Assembly (NCBI GenBank): GCA_964573695.1
Contig: CAZNKB010000005.1
Span: forward strand, 46,012-110,011
DNA length: 64,000 bases
Source: an uncultured Gammaproteobacteria bacterium
Lineage (GTDB): Bacteria > Patescibacteriota > Microgenomatia > UBA10105 > UBA927
Direction: 5' to 3'
Positions 19,996 to 27,768 of this stretch are shown in pieces (within the stretch, counting starts at the first letter, position 1; the number at the start of each line of letters is the position of its first letter). The notes beneath the pieces were generated by a model. It was not told where the DNA came from and made no database searches. It was given only the letters and a program-made list of their open reading frames with translations. A program made the position numbers and the translations under genes.

Positions 19996-20201
19996 GTGAA
20001 TAGATCCGCAAGCGTTACGCCCAATGCGTGAGCGATTTTATATGCAGTTTTAATTGAGATATTTCTTCCATTCTCAATATCCCAGAAATACGCTCTATGT
20101 AGCCCTGCTTTCTCAGCTAATTCTTCCTGAGTAATTCCTTTTTGGCGACGTAATTTCTCAATTTTCTCTCCAAATTTACGGTAAAGTGGATCGTAGTTCA
20201 T
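19992..20201 (-). CDS. XRE-family HTH regulator
   Basis: LRRQKGITQEELAEKAGLHRAY..IENG. Confidence 0.9.
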   Translation of the reverse strand: MNYDPLYRKFGEKIEKLRRQKGITQEELAEKAGLHRAYFWDIENGRNISIKTAYKIAHALGVTLADLFT

Positions 20202-20305
20202 AGCTACATATCAGAGTAGCTACTTACCAGACATTTCTTTACCAGATATATCTAGCTTTTTTTATGGTTTGGGTTATACTTACGGTTAGTATAAAGATTT
20301 ATAAT

Positions 20306-21394
20306 ATGAAACGAAAAAGTGATAACAAATCTAAACCTTCAAACTCACGTATTTCAATTTGGGTAATTATAACTTGCATAATATTAGCAAGCATGTTAAT
20401 TGGAAAGTATTTATTCGATCAGATTCAACTTATTAGTCTTAATCGATCATTTCTACGGGCAACAAGTCTAATTACCTCCAGAAATTTCAAAGACCTATAT
20501 GATGAATTTGAGCCCACTACTGCTGCAGTAAAGATAAGTGAAGAAAAATATATTGCAAATTACGAACGCATGCAAATTCCGGCGAAAATTGAACGAATAA
20601 TTCATAAAACTTATTTAGCAGGAGACAACGGGGGTTATATTGACGCAACCTCCATTATATGTCTAATCGATACATGTCCTCCAAAATATAGATTTGAGAT
20701 ACGAAAAACATATATCATGCGAAAAATAAATAACAAGTGGAAATATTTAGGAGAAAATAACAGCCTAATTGCAACATGTGAAAGAAACAAACCCTTTATT
20801 ATTCCAACTGAATTCAGAAACAGTATTGATCTAATTGTTGAAAGATTAAATTCATCTAATACTGATTACAATGAAGTAAATTCACTCAACAAGACGAAAG
20901 CAAATGAAATTTTAAAATTTATAAACTGCCTTGATATTCAATATGCGGAAACTGATTCTTTGATAGATAACTCGGAGGGTGTATTTAACCTCATAGCTAA
21001 TCCATTTAATCAACGTTACTTAATAGAAGTTTCGCCAAGATATAAAAATTCGGACACATTAATAACATCGCTATTACTCAGGCATGAAATCGAGCACGCA
21101 CTGTCATTCTATAATTTTATGTCTGGAATGAATTTAGATAAGGCATATACAGAAGATAATTGTTATGGTGATGAAGCAAAAGCATTCTTATCTGGAATTC
21201 TATTTTTTGGTGCACTTAAAAATGAAGAAAGGAGCTGGTTAAAGTCAAAATATAATTCTTCTATTGAAATACAAGGATTTTTTGATACTTATAACGCCAT
21301 AAATGGTTATCCGGGCGAACATGTTGAAGATCAGGTGCTAAATTTTGTACGTAGTCAACCCGTTTATCAAGAGCAATGCATGGGTCGAAATTGA
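20306..21394 (+). CDS. Membrane-anchored protein with HExxH zinc-peptidase-like motif
   Basis: N-terminal TM helix; LLRHEIEHAL and downstream DEAKAF. Confidence 0.55.
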   Translation: MKRKSDNKSKPSNSRISIWVIITCIILASMLIGKYLFDQIQLISLNRSFLRATSLITSRNFKDLYDEFEPTTAAVKISEEKYIANYERMQIPAKIERIIHKTYLAGDNGGYIDATSIICLIDTCPPKYRFEIRKTYIMRKINNKWKYLGENNSLIATCERNKPFIIPTEFRNSIDLIVERLNSSNTDYNEVNSLNKTKANEILKFINCLDIQYAETDSLIDNSEGVFNLIANPFNQRYLIEVSPRYKNSDTLITSLLLRHEIEHALSFYNFMSGMNLDKAYTEDNCYGDEAKAFLSGILFFGALKNEERSWLKSKYNSSIEIQGFFDTYNAINGYPGEHVEDQVLNFVRSQPVYQEQCMGRN

Positions 21395-21527
21395 TCATTA
21401 GTATAACTTGAAGCAAGTATAACCCCTTCTTCAAATATTAGCTACATATAGGGGTATAGGTATATATATTCCGGTAGCACTTACCCCTAAAGTTATAGAA
21501 CCTGTCTGAAGTCGGTAAAATATAGGT

Positions 21528-21968
21528 ATGGATAGCCAACTATATACTCAAGATGTGAATCTCCGTCAACGAATGTTCCTACAATCCTACTTAGAGTCGG
21601 GAAATGCTACTAAAGCATATATGGAAGCATATAAAGTGTCTGAAAAACATCGTGCTACAGCCTCTGTATTGGCTTCTAGGCTTGTTAGAAAGGTTAAGGA
21701 TTCGTTCATACTTCTTCTTGAAAAAAATGGTTTAGATGACAAGGCTGTAATTGACGTATTAAAGGGTGCTTTGAGGGCGAATAGACAACAAGTCTATCAT
21801 AGTAAAGTGTACGAATTTCCAGATTATTATGCTCGTATGAAAGCAATAGAATTGTTGGCAAAACTAACAGGTCGCACATCGAAAGAGGATATATCAATGA
21901 ATCAAATGAATATACAGATTATTTCTGATAAAGAAAAGGGTGTATTTAAAATAATTTCAGATGACTAA
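21528..21968 (+). CDS. Terminase small subunit-like protein
   Basis: RQRMFLQSYLESGNATKAY..A..ASRL HTH and C-terminal RMKAIELLAK, typical of TerS. Confidence 0.7.
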   Translation: MDSQLYTQDVNLRQRMFLQSYLESGNATKAYMEAYKVSEKHRATASVLASRLVRKVKDSFILLLEKNGLDDKAVIDVLKGALRANRQQVYHSKVYEFPDYYARMKAIELLAKLTGRTSKEDISMNQMNIQIISDKEKGVFKIISDD

Positions 21969-22010
21969 ATTTTGAATTAGAGCGCTATAATAGTATTTGT
22001 AAGCAAGGAG

Positions 22011-22409
22011 ATGAATATGAAAATGGATAAGCCACGACACTTTGTTGAGTTGATGGAAAAAATGGTTAAGAGAGATGAGGTTTTGCGATTAGGAGAAATT
22101 ACACAGAAGCGAATCAAGCACGTTTTGAAAAAGAAGACGTTTATATCATCGTTAATAAGTAAATTTCCTAAAAAGCAGAAGAAATTGCTATTGTCACTGG
22201 CTGACGGACATTCGAAAGATCGTAAGGAGCTAATGCGATTGGTAGGTACAACGAATCTAAAGAGTCTTGTGAGAGATACACGGCTGACAATTAAGAAGTT
22301 TGGTTATCGTCAATTATTAATTATCAAAGTAACGAAGGGGACAGGTTCGCTCCCAAAGTATTACTATTCATTAATAGCCACAATGGTAGCGCCTACCTCT
22401 GATAAGTAG
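22011..22409 (+). CDS. Basic winged-HTH-like hypothetical protein
   Basis: K/R-rich; QKKLLLSLADG...NLKSLVRDTR helix pattern. Confidence 0.5.
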   Translation: MNMKMDKPRHFVELMEKMVKRDEVLRLGEITQKRIKHVLKKKTFISSLISKFPKKQKKLLLSLADGHSKDRKELMRLVGTTNLKSLVRDTRLTIKKFGYRQLLIIKVTKGTGSLPKYYYSLIATMVAPTSDK

Positions 22410-22427
22410 TCATAAATTTTATCAGCT

Positions 22428-22503
22428 TCAAAAACGCACCTCTAGTAACCAAATAACGCACTAGCAAAATAATTGACTCCAAAGTTTGCCTCAAAAACGC
22501 ACC
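22428..22503 (+). repeat. 13-bp direct repeat TCAAAAACGCACC x2 (63 bp apart) plus partial AACGCA copies
   Basis: Exact copies at 22428-22440 and 22491-22503. Confidence 0.7.
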
Positions 22504-22569
22504 GGTCTTTTTTGCTGGACTGAACGTTTGCGTTGTTAAATAGCTCTATAGATAAACAGAGATATTGAC

Positions 22570-22821
22570 ATGCATATGGACACACTACCAGTAAAGGATT
22601 TATCTTTAGCCTCATATTTAAGTGTTTGTGCTGATATTAGGCTACTAAGAACTGAAAGGAATAGCTCAGGGAGTGTAATTTTCCATTTTTCCCCATTAGA
22701 ACGATCCCAGCAATTAGTTTCGGATTATTGGTCCGATAAAGCTCCGTCAATCCAACCTAGAAGGCTTTTGAGTGCCTTGCGTGATCTTAAGGAGCTAATT
22801 TTTTCCGGAGGGAATTTATGA
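22570..22821 (+). CDS. DUF5659-like small protein of mobile elements
   Basis: KDLSLASYL...VIFHF...YW...LRDLKELIF pattern. Confidence 0.6.
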   Translation: MHMDTLPVKDLSLASYLSVCADIRLLRTERNSSGSVIFHFSPLERSQQLVSDYWSDKAPSIQPRRLLSALRDLKELIFSGGNL

Positions 22822-23012
22822 AAACTCCTGACGGTTTGAAAGTTAGGAAGCTGCTTTCGGTTAAATATGCGTTTGTCGATTACGAACAATTAGACCGTCA
22901 GAAGAGGCTAGACGACGCATTTGATGTGATATTTGATGAGATAGAAATTGATGATACAGAGCGTATCAACAATAAATATGAATATGAACAGCGCGCGTTT
23001 ATCAAAAGATGA
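22818..23012 (+). CDS. Small hypothetical protein
   Basis: Translationally coupled (ATGA), GGAGG RBS. Confidence 0.5.
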   Translation: MKTPDGLKVRKLLSVKYAFVDYEQLDRQKRLDDAFDVIFDEIEIDDTERINNKYEYEQRAFIKR

Positions 23013-23550
23013 TGTAATCCGGCGGATTGAACAACTTGGAGGCACGTATGATCCTGAATCCGCACTACCACTAGAAGATCAGCTCATGATCTGTGAATCC
23101 CTAGTTCAATCAACGCCTGTAGACCCTAATGATGAAGATGGGAAAATCATACTAAAGTTAAAAGAAGAAGAGAACAAACGAAATGGTAGTGTTAATGGGA
23201 GTGTTAATGGTATAGGAAAACGACAAGAAAACGTAGACGAAACGAATAAGAAAAAACAAGCAATCATTGAATTAACGACATTTAATTACCGGACAAGCCC
23301 AAAGAAAATTGCATTACAACTTCAAATAGTGTTTTCAATGTATCCGAGCAAGGAGGGTCATTGGTTATATATTGCTCAGCACTATACCCCCAAATCCATT
23401 AATTGTGTTATTCATCAAATGACTAAAACGCACGTTGAAGGATGGCAAACGATAAAAAATCCTTCAAGCTACTTTACAGACGTGTTGAAGCAATATCATC
23501 CAATGAGGAAACATAAAAGAAGTGTGAGCAGGACTATTGACAAAATATGA
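22978..23550 (+). CDS. Hypothetical protein, possible replication-initiator C-terminal-like
   Basis: IKNPSSYF motif resembling phage replisome organisers; internal NGSVNGSVNG repeat. Confidence 0.4.
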   Translation: MNMNSARLSKDDVIRRIEQLGGTYDPESALPLEDQLMICESLVQSTPVDPNDEDGKIILKLKEEENKRNGSVNGSVNGIGKRQENVDETNKKKQAIIELTTFNYRTSPKKIALQLQIVFSMYPSKEGHWLYIAQHYTPKSINCVIHQMTKTHVEGWQTIKNPSSYFTDVLKQYHPMRKHKRSVSRTIDKI

Positions 23551-23565
23551 ATATGGGTATACTAT
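23537..23565 (+). promoter_or_regulatory. Sigma70 promoter for the MerR-HTH/LSR/ychF unit
   Basis: TTGACA-17bp-TACTAT, ATG 6 nt downstream. Confidence 0.65.
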
Positions 23566-23571
23566 GGACAT

Positions 23572-23994
23572 ATGAATAATATGACTAACTATATGACAAT
23601 TCAACAGGTTGCGAATGAACTTGGTGTTTCTACTAAAACTTTACGTAGATGGGATGAAAAGAAGCTTCTTATACCCGAAAGACAGGGTACTACAAATATA
23701 AGGTTATATCATACTTGGCTAGTGGGATATTGGAAGAAATATCTTGAGCTGGATAGAGCATTAAAAGCACATTTGGCTTTATTAGGGGAAGTTCGTAGAG
23801 AGCTGGAAAAATATATAGTTACGAAACCGTTGGGCACTGGACCAACAAAGATGTTTGACAGTAAAGCATTTATTGAAGCACATAAGGCAATGGAAACATG
23901 GGAAAAGGGTTTTGATCGCTTATGGCGAGAGTTAGCAGATTATCCTCCATTTATGCATCAAGCTAGGGGTAATTCTGAAGGAGAAGATCTATGA
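23572..23994 (+). CDS. MerR-type HTH protein (candidate recombination directionality factor/regulator)
   Basis: MTIQQVANELGVSTKTLRRWD..R.Y; coupled to the LSR start. Confidence 0.75.
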   Translation: MNNMTNYMTIQQVANELGVSTKTLRRWDEKKLLIPERQGTTNIRLYHTWLVGYWKKYLELDRALKAHLALLGEVRRELEKYIVTKPLGTGPTKMFDSKAFIEAHKAMETWEKGFDRLWRELADYPPFMHQARGNSEGEDL

Positions 23995-25604
23995 GGATAG
24001 CTCTCTATGCTCGTGTTTCGTCACAGCGTCAAGAAGTTGAAGAAACGATAGAAACTCAAATAATGGCAATTAAAGATTTCCTGAAGGTCAATAACCACGC
24101 TTTAGTACAAGAGTACAGGGATGATGGGTGGAGTGGCACAATTTTAGCCCGTCCCGCACTTGATCAGCTTCGCTTAGATGCTACAAAAAAGCTTTGGGAA
24201 GCAGTAGTGGTGTATGATCCTGATCGACTTTCTCGTAAGTACGCACATCAAGAACTTATACGTGATGAACTAGAAGGTCGTGGGATAAAAGTATTATTTG
24301 TTACAACTCCACCCGTGAGAGATGAAGGGGATAGGTTGTTATATGGAGTAAAAGGACTATTTGCCGAGTACGAACGGTCTAAGATTGCAGAACGATTTAG
24401 GTTAGGGAAGATTCGAAAGGCACGAGAGGGGCACGTAGTGACCTCACAAGCCCCGTATGGATATGCATATATACCAAAACAGGGTGAAATGCATGGATAT
24501 TTTGAACCAATATCAGAAGAAGCTCGAGTTGTACGAGACATCTTCGATTGGGTAGGTAATAAAGGGTTGACTATTCGAAAGGTTATAAAGAAATTACAGG
24601 AACAAAATATATCGCCTCGTAAAAGCAGGCGTGGAGTGTGGAATAATAGTACACTCACGACACTTCTTCGAAATGAAACGTATTACGGAAAAGCGCATTA
24701 CAACAAGACAATCGGAATAATTCCGACTAAACCTAAGAATACAGAGAAATATAAACGGATTGTTAAAAGTAGTAGGAAAAATAAGCCGGAATCAGATTGG
24801 ATATATATTGAGTGTAAACAGATTATTGAGAGAGAATTGTTCGATAGAGTACAAAAGCAGTTAAGGATAAATTTTGAACGGTGTGTTCGTAATAAAAAGA
24901 ATGAGTATTTGCTCGGTAATATTATCCGGTGTACGTGTGGGGCAACAAGAACAGGGGAAGGACCACAGCGTGGGAAGCACCTTTATTATCGTTGTTCGGG
25001 TAGGGTGAATCGGTATCCCATGCCCCCATCTTGTTTAGAAAAGGGTATAAATGCTCGAATAGCTGATGCGATGGTTTGGGATAGCGTGAAACGCCTTATG
25101 GTATCCCCGCAGTTACTTAGGAGACAGGTCGCTCGATATTTTGATCGTAAATCACAAGCTGTCGATCATTCTCTGGATATCGCATCGATACAGCAGGATA
25201 TATCGAAGTTAGATATTGAAGAAGAACGGTATACGAAAGCATATGGCAAGCAGGTCATTACGTTAGCTCAATTAACTTCGTATATTCAGGATATCCGGCT
25301 GAAACGTACGACACTAGAACAGAAACTAACCGAATATTCAAAAGAACAACGGCTTTTACCATTTGCCAAGCCCACGGATAAACAGATAGAATCATTCTGT
25401 CAAAAGGCAAAAGAGAAATTAGAATCTTGTGGCTACGAGCAGAAGAGACGAATAGTATTAAATGTTATAAACAATATCGTTGCAAGTGAAAAAGAGGTGC
25501 AAGTTTTCGGATTTCTACCGATAACTGAAGCTAATTATGTCAAGTTCTGGTCTGAAAGTCGGTATCGTAGGGCTACCCAACGCAGGCAAAAGCACGTTAT
25601 TTAA
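23991..25604 (+). CDS. Large serine recombinase (integrated-state form, 537 aa)
   Basis: YARVSS catalytic Ser, DDGWSG, RPAL, DRLSR, PYGY recombinase domain, CxC/YYRC zinc ribbon, coiled coil. Confidence 0.95.
   Translation: MRIALYARVSSQRQEVEETIETQIMAIKDFLKVNNHALVQEYRDDGWSGTILARPALDQLRLDATKKLWEAVVVYDPDRLSRKYAHQELIRDELEGRGIKVLFVTTPPVRDEGDRLLYGVKGLFAEYERSKIAERFRLGKIRKAREGHVVTSQAPYGYAYIPKQGEMHGYFEPISEEARVVRDIFDWVGNKGLTIRKVIKKLQEQNISPRKSRRGVWNNSTLTTLLRNETYYGKAHYNKTIGIIPTKPKNTEKYKRIVKSSRKNKPESDWIYIECKQIIERELFDRVQKQLRINFERCVRNKKNEYLLGNIIRCTCGATRTGEGPQRGKHLYYRCSGRVNRYPMPPSCLEKGINARIADAMVWDSVKRLMVSPQLLRRQVARYFDRKSQAVDHSLDIASIQQDISKLDIEEERYTKAYGKQVITLAQLTSYIQDIRLKRTTLEQKLTEYSKEQRLLPFAKPTDKQIESFCQKAKEKLESCGYEQKRRIVLNVINNIVASEKEVQVFGFLPITEANYVKFWSESRYRRATQRRQKHVI
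25535..25588 (+). other. attR (crossover GG at 25561-25562)
   Basis: 26-bp attP arm starting TTATGTCAAG, then host ychF from codon 6. Confidence 0.85.
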
Positions 25605-26622
25605 CGCACTGCTCAAAAAGCAGGTAGCGTTTGCCGCGAATTACCCGTTTGCCACGATTGAACCCAACATCGGCGTGGTTCCTGTGCCGGATGACCGGCT
25701 GTTGAAGCTTGCAGAAATCACCAAAGCGGAAGATCACCTGGACGCATTACCGCCGCTCCGGCCTGCGACCGTCGAATTTGTGGATATTGCCGGACTTGTA
25801 AAGGGTGCGAGCGTTGGAGAAGGACTGGGGAATAAATTTTTGGCGCACATCCGCGAAGTTAATATTATCTGCCATGTGCTCCGGTTTTTTCCGGATTCCA
25901 ACATCGTCCACACCGAAGGAACTATCGATGCCGGCCGTGATCGTGAAATCGTTGAAACCGAGCTCATCCTTGCTGATTTGCAAACCCTCAACAAACAACT
26001 AGAACCCAAGATGAATGCGACCAAAGAGGATCGGCAGCGGTATGACCTGGTAGGGAAGCTAAAGTCTGCCATGAACGAGGGCAAACGCGCACTCGAGATT
26101 CTTACCGATCCGGAGGATCTTAATCTTATCCGGCCGCTTCAGCTATTGACGACCAAGCCGATCGTTTATGTTGCAAACGTTTCGGAGTCCCAACTAGGAA
26201 ACCCGCCACAGACGGACCTTAGCCCTATCGTGCGTATTTGTGCCCAAACCGAATCGGAACTCGCTGCCATGACTCCGGACGAACAGAAAGACTATCTAGC
26301 GTCACTGGGGGTTACATCATCGGGATTGGATCTGTTGATCCGTACAGCCTATCAGACGCTGGGTCTTATTTCGTTTTTGACGACGGGGGAGCTTGAGAGC
26401 CGCGCATGGACAATAGAAAAAGGTATGAAGGCACCACAAGCTTCCGGCGTGATCCATACGGACTTTGAAAAGAAGTTTATCAAAGCGGATGTGGTGGCCT
26501 TTGAAGATTTCGTTTCTTTGGGTGGTTGGAAAAAGTCCAGAGAAGCTGGAAAAGCCAGAAGTGAGGGAAAAGAATATGAAATGCAGGACGGTGACGTGGT
26601 AGAGTTTAAAATAGGCGCCTAA
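25537..26622 (+). CDS. ychF: Redox-regulated ATPase YchF with element-supplied N-terminus
   Basis: GLPNAGKST, NYPFATIEPN, DIAGLV, C-terminal TGS domain GKEYEMQDGD. Confidence 0.97.
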   Translation: MSSSGLKVGIVGLPNAGKSTLFNALLKKQVAFAANYPFATIEPNIGVVPVPDDRLLKLAEITKAEDHLDALPPLRPATVEFVDIAGLVKGASVGEGLGNKFLAHIREVNIICHVLRFFPDSNIVHTEGTIDAGRDREIVETELILADLQTLNKQLEPKMNATKEDRQRYDLVGKLKSAMNEGKRALEILTDPEDLNLIRPLQLLTTKPIVYVANVSESQLGNPPQTDLSPIVRICAQTESELAAMTPDEQKDYLASLGVTSSGLDLLIRTAYQTLGLISFLTTGELESRAWTIEKGMKAPQASGVIHTDFEKKFIKADVVAFEDFVSLGGWKKSREAGKARSEGKEYEMQDGDVVEFKIGA

Positions 26623-26699
26623 GGAGTAAATATGACAATAAGGGTAACCTCTAAACATCTCATTGAGAAGCGCGTGTGGTTTATGGTAAGATTCCTCCT

Positions 26700-26978
26700 A
26701 TGAGTACGTACGAACTAGTCGTTTTGGTCGCCCCGTCTGTGGATATGACCGAGACCAAAACACAAAAAGATTTGATCACCAAACTTGTTGGTGAGCGAGG
26801 TGCTATCAAGGAAGTGACTTCACTCGGCAAGAAATCCCTTGCGTATCCGATCAAGAAACAATCAGAAGCGACCTATCTCGTCGCAGTCATTGAAGGAACG
26901 GTCAAATCAGCCGAACTCGAAAACAAAGCAAAATTAATGGATGAAGTATTGCGTCAAATGTTGATTGTAAAAGAGTAA
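26700..26978 (+). CDS. rpsF: 30S ribosomal protein S6
   Basis: YELVV, GKKSLAYPIKK; rpsF-ssb-rpsR order. Confidence 0.93.
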   Translation: MSTYELVVLVAPSVDMTETKTQKDLITKLVGERGAIKEVTSLGKKSLAYPIKKQSEATYLVAVIEGTVKSAELENKAKLMDEVLRQMLIVKE

Positions 26979-27004
26979 GTGATTGGATACTATTGGGGGA
27001 TGTT

Positions 27005-27505
27005 ATGTCCAGCAGAAGTTTAAATAAGGTGACACTGATCGGCAACCTGACCCGCGATCCCGAACTTCGGTATACGCCGACCGGGGCAGCAGTCTGTACG
27101 TTGGGAGTGGCGACAAACAGAACATGGGTGACCGACGCGGGAGAGAAAAAGGAAGAAACTGAATTTCATAGGGTTGTGGCATGGAATAAGTTGGCTGAAC
27201 TTTGCAGCCAGCTGCTTTCCAAGGGACGCAAGGTGTACGTTGAGGGCAGGTTGAGGACTTCTGCCTGGCAGGCCCAAGACGGCAGTCAGCGGACAAGTAC
27301 GGAGATCGTCATAGAAGACATGATCGTACTTGATTCGAAAAAGCCGGTAGGGGCAACAGGAGAAGAGGCGACGGCTGCGGAAGTGCCCAGCGTGACACCT
27401 GCTCCGGCCAAAAAAAAGAGTAGCAAAGGGGAGGCAAGCGAAGAAGAATCGCACCAAAGTAACGCTGTGTCAGAAAACGTCAACCCTGACGACATACCGT
27501 TCTAA
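27005..27505 (+). CDS. ssb: Single-stranded DNA-binding protein
   Basis: LNKVTLIGNLTRDPELRYT; C-terminal DDIPF. Confidence 0.97.
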   Translation: MSSRSLNKVTLIGNLTRDPELRYTPTGAAVCTLGVATNRTWVTDAGEKKEETEFHRVVAWNKLAELCSQLLSKGRKVYVEGRLRTSAWQAQDGSQRTSTEIVIEDMIVLDSKKPVGATGEEATAAEVPSVTPAPAKKKSSKGEASEEESHQSNAVSENVNPDDIPF

Positions 27506-27520
27506 TTTATTTATAAATTT

Positions 27521-27766
27521 ATGATGAAACGATCTGGAAAATTTATTCGAAAATTGCGTCCGGTACCGACGAATTGTCCGTTTTGCGCAGCAAAAAGCAA
27601 TCCGGATTACAAGGATGCGAGCATGCTCAGCAAATACCTGACGGAACGAGGCAAGCTCTTGGGGCGTGCCCGCACAGGCGTATGCGCGAAGCATCAACGC
27701 CGGGTAGAGCAAGCGGTGAAGCGTTCTCGGCTGATAGCGCTTCTTCCCTTTGTGGTGAGAGCATAA
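27521..27766 (+). CDS. rpsR: 30S ribosomal protein S18 (Zn-binding type)
   Basis: [23 protein letters not shown]. Confidence 0.95.
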   Translation: MMKRSGKFIRKLRPVPTNCPFCAAKSNPDYKDASMLSKYLTERGKLLGRARTGVCAKHQRRVEQAVKRSRLIALLPFVVRA

Positions 27767-27768
27767 TA

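Larger units (their letters stand above)
17757..25562. mobile_element. ~7.8-kb LSR-integrated element (phage-satellite/PICI-like) inserted in ychF
   Basis: Visibly AT-rich relative to flanks; attL/attR reconstruct intact ychF and a symmetric attP; carries LSR, MerR-HTH, TerS-like, DUF5659-like, TA pair and nuclease. Confidence 0.9.

Noticed and set aside
17757-25562. Complete prophage or ICE
   Set aside because: No large terminase, capsid, tail, relaxase or T4SS genes between the att sites
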